A stretch of 64,000 nt of DNA, taken from NCBI GenBank assembly GCA_046290465.1, contig JBKAGP010000001.1, positions 3,200,001 through 3,264,000 of the forward strand, given 5' to 3'. Origin of the DNA: Planctomycetota bacterium (GTDB lineage Bacteria > Planctomycetota > UBA1135 > UBA2386). Below the pieces are notes generated by a model that searched no databases, was not told the origin of the DNA, and saw nothing but the letters and a program-made list of their open reading frames with translations. The stretch's first letter is position 1. Each line of letters starts with the position of its first letter. Positions 47,003 through 56,035 of this stretch are shown in pieces. The translations under genes were made by a program, and so were the position numbers.

Positions 47003-50000
47003 ATGCGTCTGTACGCGTCCCTGCTCTGCGCCGCGCTTGCCCTCACGGGCATCGCCCGCGCCCAGTCCACCCCTCCGTCCACGCTGCCGTTCCAGGCCCG
47101 GCTCACGCTGCAGTCGGGCGGCGTCGACGTGAACGCCTTCCTGCCGATCTCGTTCCGCGTCTACACGCAAGCGGTCGGCGGCTCGCCGCTCTGGGTCGAG
47201 ACGCACCCGCTGGTCGAGGTGAAGAACGGTCTGTTCAAGGTCGAGCTCGGCAGCCTCGTCGGCTTCCCCGCACAGCTGTTCGAGAACGGAGACCTCTACC
47301 TCGGCATCCAGGTCGCGACCGACAACGAGATGGCGCCGCGCACGCGGATCTCGTCGCAGGCCTTTGCCCAGGTCGCGAAGAACGCCATCGACGTCAAGAA
47401 CCAGGACATCAACCCCAACAGCGTGACGGTCAACGGCGTGCCGGTCATCGACGCCGGCGGCAACTGGGTCGGCCCGAACAGCGGCCTCGTCGGCCCCCAG
47501 GGCCCGGTCGGCCCGCAGGGCCCCACCGGTCCGCAGGGTCCGCAGGGCGCGCAGGGTGACGCCGGCCTGCAGGGCGCGACCGGCCCGCAGGGACCGCAAG
47601 GGGATCAGGGCATCCAGGGCCCAATCGGCCCCATCGGTCCGCAGGGTCCGCAGGGCGACCCGGGCATCCAGGGCGCCGTCGGCCCGCAGGGCGATCCCGG
47701 CATTCAGGGCCCCATCGGCCCGATCGGTCCCATCGGTCCGCAGGGCCCGCAGGGCGATCCCGGCGCCGCCGCGGCGCGCTACCTCGTCGCTCCGACGCTG
47801 ACCGACGGCGCGACCCACACCAGCATCCAGGCCGCCATCGACCAGGCCGTGCTCGACGGCTTCGGCACCGGTAACCAGACCAGCATCCAGGTCCGTCCCG
47901 GCTCCTACACCGAGGACGTCACGCTCGTCTCCGGCATCCACGTCTCCGCCGTCGTCGGCGCCAAGTCGTTCGCGACGCGCATCGCCGGCCAGGTCACGCA
48001 CACCAGCGGCGTCGTCTCGATGCAGGGCATCGACATCGACGCGCCCAGCGGCGACGCGCTGACGCTGTCCGGCGCCACCGCCCCGACGCAGCTCTACCTC
48101 AGCAACTGCGTCGTCTACGCGCGCGGCAACGACAACGCCCTCGAGCTGTCGCTCCCCGTCGCCAGCTCGTCCGGCCTGATCTTCGACAACGTCAACTTCC
48201 GCATCGTCGGCGGCGGCGCCGGCATCGCCGTCAACCTGCTCAGCGGCACGCTGCAGGGACGCAGCGGCACCTTCTGGCCCACCGCCCCGACCACCCCGTC
48301 GATCGCCATCAGCGGCACCGGCGCCAACCGCGGCCGCGCCTGGCTCAACAGCTGCGACATCTTCGGCAAGATCACGGTCATCGACGAAGGCGAGTGCTCC
48401 GTCTCCGGCGGCCAGATCCGATCCGGCCTCGGCTTCTGCGTCGAGGATTCGTCGGCCGGCACGATCGGCCTCTACGACGCCTTCCTGCAGCCCGACCTCG
48501 CCTACGCCGGCGAACTCGTCGTCACCGACGGCGACCTCGCCTACGGCCGCCTGACCTACAGCAGCCCGCTGCAGACCATGCCCGCCGCCGCGTTCCTGCT
48601 GCCCGGCTCGGGCCCCACGGGGCCGCAGGGTCCGCAAGGCGTCGCCGGTCCGCAGGGCCCGCAGGGCGATCCCGGCGTCGCCGGAGCGCAAGGCCCGCAG
48701 GGTGACGTCGGCCCGCAAGGTCCCGTCGGCGCGACCGGCCCGCAGGGCCCGCAGGGGGACGCCGGCCCGATCGGCCCGGTGGGCGCGACCGGCCCGCAGG
48801 GCGACCCCGGCCCGCAAGGCCCGGCCGGTCCGCAGGGCCCCGCCGGCGCCGACGGCGCCGCCAGCGCGCGCTACGTCGTCGGCATGGCGTCCGGCTTCGG
48901 CGTCACGCACACCAGCATCCAGGCCGCCATCGACCAGGCCGTTCTCGACGGCTTCGGCGGCAGCAGCCGCACCGCGATCCTGGTTCGTCCCGGTAGCTAC
49001 ACCGGCAACGTCAACCTCGTCGGCGGCATCAACCTGACCGCGCTCGTGCCGGGCAAGTCGTTCGCGACGCAGATCCTCGGCAACGTGACGCACACCGCCG
49101 GCGTGACCTCGATGATCGGCATCGACATCAACGCGACAGCCGGCGGCGACGCCCTGACCGTCAGCGGCGAGAACGCGTCGACGCAGCTCTACCTGAGCGA
49201 CTGCGTCGTCTACGGCTACGGCGTCGACAACGCGGTCGAACTCGACGTCACGACGGCGGGCAGCTCGGGCGTGTTGTTCGACAACGTCAACTTCCGCATC
49301 GTCGGCGGCGGCGCCGGCGTCGCGGCCAACATCGTGCGCGGCACGATCCAGGGCCGCAGCGGCACGTTCTGGCCGACGGCGCAGACCACCGCGGCGATCG
49401 CGATCACCGGCGACGGCTCGGCCAACGGCAAGGGCCGCGCCTGGCTGCGCGACCCGGACGTGTTCGGCAAGGTCACGCTCACCGGCAACGGCGAGCTGCA
49501 GGTCGGCAACGGCCAGATCCGCAGCGGCGCCGGCGTCGCGATCGAAGACGCGTCAACCGGCCCGATCTCGATCGGTAACTGCTCGATCCAGTCGACGCTG
49601 CCGAGCGGCGACGTGTTCACGACCGACGGCGACCTGTTCTACACGGGCCTGACGTTCTTGAGCCCGTTCCAGACGGTGCCGGCTGCTGCGATGCAGGCGC
49701 CGGGGACGAGCGTGATGAGTGTCGAGGTGTTCAGCGGGCAGCTGAGCAATGACATCGAGTTCACCAGCAGTTCGAGCAACACATACATCAACGCCAAGTA
49801 CGACACCGTGCTGCAGAACACTGCGCCGACGGCGGTCTTCGACAAGCAGGCGGATGGAAGCTTCATTATCCGACGCGCTGGCGTGCTCACGATTTCACCC
49901 ACGGTGTTTGCTCAGGGTAGCTCGTTCCTTTCGGTCTTCATCAAGGTCAACGGGGTGACGGTCAGCCAACTTCTCGACTATGGAAACTCAGCGCCAAGCA

Positions 50001-50134
50001 CGCCTGCTGGAACACACCACGTGAAGGTAGACGCGAACGACGTCGTGGAAATCCAGATGTCTCCGAGCCTGATCACCAACATCATCGTTGGCGGCTACAA
50101 CCAGCTCTCCATGAAGTGGACGGGAATCAAGTAA
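47003..50134 (+). CDS. Secreted collagen-like surface protein with two Gly-X-Y tracts, two duplicated globular modules and a C-terminal beta domain
   Basis: Signal peptide; GPQ-rich tracts; duplicated [18 protein letters not shown]...VRPGSYT...[14 protein letters not shown]...[11 protein letters not shown] modules. Confidence 0.9.
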   Translation: MRLYASLLCAALALTGIARAQSTPPSTLPFQARLTLQSGGVDVNAFLPISFRVYTQAVGGSPLWVETHPLVEVKNGLFKVELGSLVGFPAQLFENGDLYLGIQVATDNEMAPRTRISSQAFAQVAKNAIDVKNQDINPNSVTVNGVPVIDAGGNWVGPNSGLVGPQGPVGPQGPTGPQGPQGAQGDAGLQGATGPQGPQGDQGIQGPIGPIGPQGPQGDPGIQGAVGPQGDPGIQGPIGPIGPIGPQGPQGDPGAAAARYLVAPTLTDGATHTSIQAAIDQAVLDGFGTGNQTSIQVRPGSYTEDVTLVSGIHVSAVVGAKSFATRIAGQVTHTSGVVSMQGIDIDAPSGDALTLSGATAPTQLYLSNCVVYARGNDNALELSLPVASSSGLIFDNVNFRIVGGGAGIAVNLLSGTLQGRSGTFWPTAPTTPSIAISGTGANRGRAWLNSCDIFGKITVIDEGECSVSGGQIRSGLGFCVEDSSAGTIGLYDAFLQPDLAYAGELVVTDGDLAYGRLTYSSPLQTMPAAAFLLPGSGPTGPQGPQGVAGPQGPQGDPGVAGAQGPQGDVGPQGPVGATGPQGPQGDAGPIGPVGATGPQGDPGPQGPAGPQGPAGADGAASARYVVGMASGFGVTHTSIQAAIDQAVLDGFGGSSRTAILVRPGSYTGNVNLVGGINLTALVPGKSFATQILGNVTHTAGVTSMIGIDINATAGGDALTVSGENASTQLYLSDCVVYGYGVDNAVELDVTTAGSSGVLFDNVNFRIVGGGAGVAANIVRGTIQGRSGTFWPTAQTTAAIAITGDGSANGKGRAWLRDPDVFGKVTLTGNGELQVGNGQIRSGAGVAIEDASTGPISIGNCSIQSTLPSGDVFTTDGDLFYTGLTFLSPFQTVPAAAMQAPGTSVMSVEVFSGQLSNDIEFTSSSSNTYINAKYDTVLQNTAPTAVFDKQADGSFIIRRAGVLTISPTVFAQGSSFLSVFIKVNGVTVSQLLDYGNSAPSTPAGTHHVKVDANDVVEIQMSPSLITNIIVGGYNQLSMKWTGIK
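47483..47767 (+). repeat. Collagen Gly-X-Y tract 1
   Basis: About 31 uninterrupted GXY triplets. Confidence 0.9.
48611..48862 (+). repeat. Collagen Gly-X-Y tract 2
   Basis: About 28 GXY triplets. Confidence 0.9.
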
Positions 50135-50979
50135 TGCACCCTCTCCCCACCATCGCGACGCTGGCGGCGCTGCTCCTCGCAGCCCCCACCCTCACCGCCC
50201 AACACAAGGAACCCGGCCAGTCCAGCAGCCAGACCTACTACATGGTCAGCACCGAGTTCGGCAGCGCAGAGGCCGCGACGTCCCTGCTCTACCAGCTCCA
50301 GGGCAGCCAGGGCAGCGGCGTGGTCAACGAGCCGCACGCGGTCTCGCAGACCTACCAGATGCGCGGCGCGTTCTACGGCGCGAGCACCGCGCCGGTGCTC
50401 GGCCAGCCGCGGCTGACCGCCGCGCGGCCGTTCTTCGTGCGGCGCATCAACAACGGGCAGCTGTCGCTGACCGGCACTGAGCTGTGGCTCGGCCCGACGC
50501 CGACGATCACCGTCGGCGGCCAGAACGCGACGGTCATCACCCGCACGGTCGACGAGATCGTCGTGTCGCTACCCGATCAGCCGGAGCCCGGCTTCCAGCC
50601 GGTGACGTTCAGCAACCCGGTCGGCACGACGACGCTCGAAGAAGGCGTCGGGGTGCTGCCCATGCTGCAGCGCCGCGAGCCGCTCAACGGCGTCGACCCG
50701 AACTACCTCCGGATCGACACGCTGCCGAACAACGTCGTGCTGCTGGCGCTCGCGACCGACCTCGGCCCGGGCATCCAGACGCTGAACTTCGGCTTCCAAC
50801 TGCTGCTGGACCCGAGCTCGGTGTTCTTCACCAACGCCTACTTCGTCGCCGACCCGGACGGCCGCACGATCATCCCGCTGCCGCCGTTCCCGCCGGGGAT
50901 GCTGCACGCGCAGGTGCTCGACGTCACCGCCGACCCGGACGACTTCCCGGGCTCGTGGACCAACGTGGTCTCGCTGTGA
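50134..50979 (+). CDS. Secreted IPT/TIG-like domain protein coupled to the collagen gene
   Basis: TAATG overlap; signal peptide; LSLTGTEL..PTITVGGQNATVI...EIVVSLP...VTFSNPVG. Confidence 0.75.
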   Translation: MHPLPTIATLAALLLAAPTLTAQHKEPGQSSSQTYYMVSTEFGSAEAATSLLYQLQGSQGSGVVNEPHAVSQTYQMRGAFYGASTAPVLGQPRLTAARPFFVRRINNGQLSLTGTELWLGPTPTITVGGQNATVITRTVDEIVVSLPDQPEPGFQPVTFSNPVGTTTLEEGVGVLPMLQRREPLNGVDPNYLRIDTLPNNVVLLALATDLGPGIQTLNFGFQLLLDPSSVFFTNAYFVADPDGRTIIPLPPFPPGMLHAQVLDVTADPDDFPGSWTNVVSL

Positions 50980-50982
50980 TCC

Positions 50983-51008
50983 CTGGCGCCGGCTGCCGCC
51001 GGCGCCAG
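50983..51008 (+). terminator. 11-bp hairpin after the collagen/IPT operon
   Basis: CTGGCGCCGGC-tgcc-GCCGGCGCCAG. Confidence 0.55.
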
Positions 51009-51028
51009 ATCCGGCTAGCATGCTCAGC

Positions 51029-51331
51029 ATGAAGCCACCGTCGATGCTGGGGTCCGCCGCCCTCACGATGCTGTTCGCCTCCTGCGGCTCCTCTCCGGCG
51101 GACGATGTCAACGCTACCGCCAGCGTGCAGCTGGTGCTCAACAAGGTCCCCGATTGAGCCAGCTGTTGCGCCACCGTGCGTGGCGTCATCAAGAAGCTCC
51201 CCGGAACGGGCAAAGTCGACGTGCAGCCGGACAATGCCGAGATCACCGTCGCCTACGACCCGGACAAGATCACGGTCGACCAGCTGCTCGAAGGCATGCT
51301 GATGGGCGGCCAGCCGGCGAAGCGCCGCTAG
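51029..51331 (+). CDS. HMA-domain lipoprotein selenoprotein 2, UGA at 51155-51157
   Basis: MKPPSMLGSAALTMLFASC GSSPADDVNATASVQLVLNKVPD-U-ASCCATVRGVIKKLPGTGKVDVQPDNAEITVAYDPDKITVDQLLEGMLMGGQPAKRR*; paralog of 16712-16999; absent from the ORF track; alternative start 51020. Confidence 0.85.
51168..51186 (+). promoter_or_regulatory. Candidate bacterial SECIS
   Basis: GCGCCAC-CGUGC-GUGGCGU; core 15-mer and offset identical to HMA selenoprotein 1. Confidence 0.7.
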
Positions 51332-51801
51332 CCGCGCGCTTCGTGCTGCCGGCGGTGCAGGTAGCTCTGCAGGTCGCGCAGGTGTCGGCCCCAGTGGTAG
51401 TGGAACAGTTCCCCGGCGCAGCGCTCACCGTCGCCGGCGGCGCCGTGTTCGCGGTACCAGCGCGCGTCGAGCAGGTCCGACGTGATGTCGAGCAGGTCGT
51501 CGACAGCGTCGCCGAGCGTCACGGCACCGTCGTCGCCACCGTCGTCGGGCTCGGCCGGCACCACCACCCGGTAGAAGCCGAAGTCGGGGAAGCGCGCGCA
51601 CAAGGCCTCGCGGCGCGCGCCGGCATCGCGACCGGGCGGATCGTCGTCGCTGGCCGGCAGCTCGCCGCCCCACGGCGGCAGCGTCACAGCCAGCTCGTCC
51701 AGCAGCCGGACGAGCTGCGGCAGTTCTTCGGGGATCAGCGGCGTCGACGCCTCGACGAACGCGAGCCACGCGTCGACGACCTGCCAGAAGCCGCGCGCCA
51801 T
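51328..51801 (-). CDS. DUF5063-like protein
   Basis: FGFY..V, GDAVDDLLDITSDL, FHYHWGRHL..LQSYLH. Confidence 0.65.
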   Translation of the reverse strand: MARGFWQVVDAWLAFVEASTPLIPEELPQLVRLLDELAVTLPPWGGELPASDDDPPGRDAGARREALCARFPDFGFYRVVVPAEPDDGGDDGAVTLGDAVDDLLDITSDLLDARWYREHGAAGDGERCAGELFHYHWGRHLRDLQSYLHRRQHEARG

Positions 51802-51805
51802 CGCG

Positions 51806-52792
51806 CTACTGCTGGCAGGCCTTGATCGCGCGCGCGACGTAGACCGGCGCGACCTTGCGGCGCCAGTAGACGTCGAGGTCGGTGTTGTCCATCGTGCGCG
51901 TCGGCTTCATGGCCGCGTTGCCGGCCTCGGCGATCAGCTCGTCGGTCAGCTGGTTGCCGACCAGCATCTCCTCGGACTTGGTGGCCGGGATCGCGTAGGA
52001 ACCGGCACCCCCGAGGCGGATGTTGGCCTTCTCGACCGTGCCGTCCTCGGCGAACCAGATCGCCGCGCCGACGCCGAGCACCGGGAAGTCGTAGGTGTCG
52101 CGGCGCCGCAGCTTGAGGTAGCTGGACTTCCAGTTGCCGGGGGCGGGCAGCGTGATTCTGGTCAGCAGCTCCTCCGGCTTCTTGGTCAGATACTGGATGC
52201 CGTCGTCCTGGTAGAGCTCGTCGGCCTTGATGGTGCGCGTGCCGTTCTCGTCGGCGAGCTCGACCTCGGCCTCCATCGCGCAGACGACCGGCACCGAGTC
52301 ACTGGACTGCACCGCCCAGCAGCGCGGGCTGCCCGGGGCGACCCAGCAGATCGCGCCTTCCTTCGACTTCATGCAGAAGTCGATCGACTCGCGCCACTCG
52401 TGCGACTGGTCGTAGTAGGTGCAGCGCGTGTCGAGCAGCAGGTTGCCGCCGATCGTGCCCATGTTGCGCAGCAGCGGCGTGGAGATCTCGCGCACCGCGT
52501 GGGCCAGCGACGGGTAGTGCGCCTTGAGGTGCGGGTAGTGCTCGAGCGCGGTCAGCGTGACCATCGCGCCGATCTGCAGGCGGCCGTCCTCGAGCACCTC
52601 GAGCGTGTGCAGCTCGGCAACGTCGCGCAGCGAGATCACCTGCTCGGGCGTCTGGTGACGCCGCTTCATGTTGGGGTAGAGGTCGGTGCCGCCGGCGACG
52701 TACATCGCCGCCTTGCCGTGTTGCTTGCTGAGCGCGACCGCTTCGCTGGCCGACTTCGGCGTGTGGTAGGAGAACGTGGGGAGACGCAGCAT
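51806..52792 (-). CDS. Xanthine dehydrogenase family FAD subunit with 4Fe-4S insert (HcrB-like)
   Basis: AGGTDLYPNMK, RNMGTIGGNL; insert C-X15-C-X8-C-X8-C. Confidence 0.88.
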   Translation of the reverse strand: MLRLPTFSYHTPKSASEAVALSKQHGKAAMYVAGGTDLYPNMKRRHQTPEQVISLRDVAELHTLEVLEDGRLQIGAMVTLTALEHYPHLKAHYPSLAHAVREISTPLLRNMGTIGGNLLLDTRCTYYDQSHEWRESIDFCMKSKEGAICWVAPGSPRCWAVQSSDSVPVVCAMEAEVELADENGTRTIKADELYQDDGIQYLTKKPEELLTRITLPAPGNWKSSYLKLRRRDTYDFPVLGVGAAIWFAEDGTVEKANIRLGGAGSYAIPATKSEEMLVGNQLTDELIAEAGNAAMKPTRTMDNTDLDVYWRRKVAPVYVARAIKACQQ

Positions 52793-52805
52793 TTCGGGTT
52801 GCTCC

Positions 52806-55373
52806 TTACTTCGCGGCCTTCTTGGTGCGGTGCGGGTCGTTGTGGGCCTTGCCGTCGCCGCCCTGCCACGGAGTCTTGACCTGCAGCGACTCCCCGAAGT
52901 CGACGTTCGGCACGCCGGTCTCGTCGTTGGCCGGGCCGTAGCGCCCCTCCTTGCCTTCCTTCTTCGCCTGCATCGCGGCGAACACCTTCTCGAACGAGAT
53001 CGGGTTCTCGTCGACGCGCACGCCGACGGCGTCGAACACCGCGTTGGCGACCGCCGGCATGATCGGGAGCAGCGGCCCCTGGCCGACCTCCTTGGCGCCG
53101 AACGGGCCGTTCTTGTCCGGGTCCTCGATGACGTAGGTCGTGCACTCCGGCATCTCGAACACGCTCGGGCTCTTGTACTCGAGCATCGACGGGATCTTGT
53201 GCAGGAACACCCGCTTGCCCTTGTGCGAGCGATCGCGGTAGGCCATCTCCTCCATCATCGCTTCGCCGAGGCCCATGTAGATCGAGCCCTCGATCTGGCC
53301 CATCGCGATCGCGGCGTTGAGCGCGCGGCCGATGTCGTGCGCCATCCAGACCTTCGGCACGCTGTAGATGCCGGTATCCGGATCGACCTCGACCTCGACG
53401 ACGGTCGCCGAGTAGCTGTAGCTCGGGCTCGGACCGACGCCGCCGCCGCGGAACTTGGCGGCGGTCTTCGGCGGCGTGTAGCTGCCGACCGTGCCGATCG
53501 TGCCGAGCGCGGCCTCGGCGAAGCCGACGGCCTCCTTGAACGTCACGCCCTTCTCGGGGTCCTGCGAGTCGAACACGCGGCCGCCGTGGAACACCAGCCG
53601 GCCGGCCGGCACCTCGAGCTTCTTCGAGGCGCCCTGCGCGACCAGGTCGCGGGCCCGTTCGGCGGCCTGCATCGCGGCGTTGCCGGTCATCACCGTCACG
53701 CGCGAGCTGTAGCTGCCGAGGTCGACCGGCGTCAGGTCGGTGTCGCTGGTGACGACCTTGATGTCGAGCGGATCGATGCCGAGCACCTCGCCGACGATCC
53801 AGCCGAGCACGCTGTCGCTGCCCTGGCCGATGTCGGTGCTGCCGCAGAACACCGTGCACAGGCCCGAACGGTCCAGCTGCAGCTGCACGCCGGAGTGCGG
53901 CATGCCGTTCCAGTAGATCGGCAGGCCAGCACCCGACAGGTAGCTGGAGCACGCCAGGCCGAGGCCGCGGATGCGGCCGTTCGGCAGCACCTCCTGCTTG
54001 CCGCGGCGCTCCTTCCAGCCCGAGCCCTCGACGACCTTCTCGATGCACTGGCCGAGGCCCATCGAGCCGATGCGCAGGAAGTTCGCGGTCAGCGAGTCGC
54101 GCTCGGCGAGGTTGTCGAGGCGCATCTGCGCCGGATCGAGGCCGAGGTCACAGGCGACCTTGTCCAGCTGCACCTCGAGCGCGAAGCGCGGCTGCACGGT
54201 GCCGTGGCCGCGCTTGGGGCCGCACGGCGCCTTGTTGGTGAAGAACCGCGCGCCGCGGAAGTGGTAGTTCTCGACCGCGTAGGTCACCGTCTGCAGCGCA
54301 CCCGTATAGAACGTGCTGGCCGTGCCGTAGCTGCCGTAGGCGCCGCCGTCGAGGAAGCTGTGGAAGTCGAGCGCGGTGATGCGGCCGGTCTTGGTGACGC
54401 CGATCTTGCTGCGCATCAGCACCGGGTGCCGACCGCGGTGGCACCAGAACACCTCTTCGCGGGTCAGCGCGACCTTGACCGGGCGGCCGGTCAGCATCGA
54501 CATCTTGGCCGCGCAGATCTCGTGGTTGAACGGGTCGCTCTTGCCGCCGAAGCCGCCGCCGTTCGGGCACGCGATGACGCGGATCCGGTTGGCGGGCAGC
54601 GGCGCCAGCACCCGGGCGAGCGCGCGGTGCAGGTAGTGCGGCGTCTGCGTCGACGACCAGACGGTCAGCTTGCCGTCCTTGTCGAAGTGCGCGAGGGTCG
54701 CGTGCTGCTCCATCGGCAGGTGCGTGTTGCCCTCGAACCAGACGGTGTCCTCGCGGATGTGGTCGGCGCGGTCGAAGCCGTCCTTCATGTCGCCGAACTC
54801 GAGGTTCTCGAGACGGTGGATGTTGCCGCGCACACCGTAGTCGTGCAGGCGCGGCTCGTCGTTGTCGGCGGCTTCGTGCACGCCGCCGATGGTGCGCAGC
54901 TCGCGGTACTCGACGTCGACGAGGCGGCACGCGTCCCACGCGATCTCCTCCTCGGTCGCCGCGATCGCGACCACCGGGTCGCCGACGAAGCGCACCTGGT
55001 CGGGGCACAGCGCGTGCTCGTCCTGGCTGACCGGCAGGATGCCGAACGGCGTCGGCATGTCCTTGCCGGTCAGGATGCCCTTGACGCCCGGCAGCTGCTC
55101 GGCCTTGGACGTGTCGATGCTGACGATCTCGGCGTGCGCCATGGTGCTGCGCAGCAGCTTCATGTGCAGCATGCGCGGCAGCGTCATGTCATCGGCGAAC
55201 TGCGTCAGGCCCGAGACCTTGCTGCGCGCGTCGACCTTGCGGATCGGCTTGCCGATGTGCTCGAGCTCGTCCTTCTTCTTGTCGTGCTGCCACGGCGCGT
55301 CGTCGCGCGCCTGCGGAGCCGCCGGCTCGTTCGACTGCCCGTCGAGGCGGGCCTGCGGGTCATCAAGAACCAT
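52806..55373 (-). CDS. Xanthine dehydrogenase family molybdopterin subunit (HcrA-like)
   Basis: SSTQTPH, GGGFGGK, RGHGTV, DIGQGS, GSYSSR, GQIEGS, GAKEVGQG. Confidence 0.9.
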   Translation of the reverse strand: MVLDDPQARLDGQSNEPAAPQARDDAPWQHDKKKDELEHIGKPIRKVDARSKVSGLTQFADDMTLPRMLHMKLLRSTMAHAEIVSIDTSKAEQLPGVKGILTGKDMPTPFGILPVSQDEHALCPDQVRFVGDPVVAIAATEEEIAWDACRLVDVEYRELRTIGGVHEAADNDEPRLHDYGVRGNIHRLENLEFGDMKDGFDRADHIREDTVWFEGNTHLPMEQHATLAHFDKDGKLTVWSSTQTPHYLHRALARVLAPLPANRIRVIACPNGGGFGGKSDPFNHEICAAKMSMLTGRPVKVALTREEVFWCHRGRHPVLMRSKIGVTKTGRITALDFHSFLDGGAYGSYGTASTFYTGALQTVTYAVENYHFRGARFFTNKAPCGPKRGHGTVQPRFALEVQLDKVACDLGLDPAQMRLDNLAERDSLTANFLRIGSMGLGQCIEKVVEGSGWKERRGKQEVLPNGRIRGLGLACSSYLSGAGLPIYWNGMPHSGVQLQLDRSGLCTVFCGSTDIGQGSDSVLGWIVGEVLGIDPLDIKVVTSDTDLTPVDLGSYSSRVTVMTGNAAMQAAERARDLVAQGASKKLEVPAGRLVFHGGRVFDSQDPEKGVTFKEAVGFAEAALGTIGTVGSYTPPKTAAKFRGGGVGPSPSYSYSATVVEVEVDPDTGIYSVPKVWMAHDIGRALNAAIAMGQIEGSIYMGLGEAMMEEMAYRDRSHKGKRVFLHKIPSMLEYKSPSVFEMPECTTYVIEDPDKNGPFGAKEVGQGPLLPIMPAVANAVFDAVGVRVDENPISFEKVFAAMQAKKEGKEGRYGPANDETGVPNVDFGESLQVKTPWQGGDGKAHNDPHRTKKAAK

Positions 55374-55884
55374 AGATCGACTCCTTGCTCGGCTCGGCGT
55401 CCTCACCGCGCATGCGCGCGGCGGCGAGTTCGATCGCCTCGAAGATCTTCAGGTAGCCCGTGCAGCGACACAGGTTGCCGGCGAGGGCCTCCTTGATCTC
55501 GTCGCGCGTCGGGTTGGGGTTGTCCTTCAGCAGCGAGTCGGCCGCCATCAGCACGCCCGGCGTGCAGTAGCCGCACTGGGCGCCACCGAGGTTCGCCATG
55601 CAGTCCTGCAGCGGCGCGAGGTCGCTGCCGCACGCGAGCCCCTCGACCGTGCGAACCTCCTTGCCGACCGCGTCGACGGCGAGCACCAGGCAGCTGAGCA
55701 CCGGCGTGCCGTCGACCTGCACCGTGCACGTGCCGCACTCGCCGAGTTCGCAGCCGTGTTTGGTGCCCGTCAGGGTCATCTCCTCGCGGAGGACCTCCAA
55801 CAGGGTCTTGTGCGGCAGGAACGCCACCTCGTGCGGCTCGCCGTTCACCTGGAACGTCGCGAGTACCTTGTTCGTCTCGGTCAT
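55363..55884 (-). CDS. Xanthine dehydrogenase family 2x[2Fe-2S] subunit (HcrC-like)
   Basis: GTKHGCELGECGTCTV, SCL, QCGYCTPG, GNLCRCTGY. Confidence 0.95.
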   Translation of the reverse strand: MTETNKVLATFQVNGEPHEVAFLPHKTLLEVLREEMTLTGTKHGCELGECGTCTVQVDGTPVLSCLVLAVDAVGKEVRTVEGLACGSDLAPLQDCMANLGGAQCGYCTPGVLMAADSLLKDNPNPTRDEIKEALAGNLCRCTGYLKIFEAIELAAARMRGEDAEPSKESIYGS

Positions 55885-56035
55885 GGGGGCGAGCAGGATA
55901 GCGGCGGCTCTGCGGCGGAGCGAGGGCGACGTCGCCCGATTGGCGCCCCCCGCCACAAGCGGCAGCACGGCCCTCGGATACGCCAATCGTCGGCCGGTGC
56001 CCGCAAACCGGCCGCGGCGCACGTAGGGTGACGCC

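Noticed and set aside
49700..50134. Diversity-generating retroelement target in the collagen tip
   Set aside because: No reverse transcriptase or template repeat is visible in the window.
47003..50134. Prophage tail fibre
   Set aside because: The protein has a Sec signal peptide and there are no flanking phage genes.
6719..51157. Four nonsense-mutated pseudogenes
   Set aside because: All four stops are TGA at the same motif position, with intact downstream domains and hairpins. Random decay or indel errors would not give this pattern.
51806..55884. Selenium-dependent molybdenum hydroxylase link to the selenoproteins
   Set aside because: No in-frame UGA and no yqeB/yqeC/selD accessory genes nearby, so it cannot be supported from this window.
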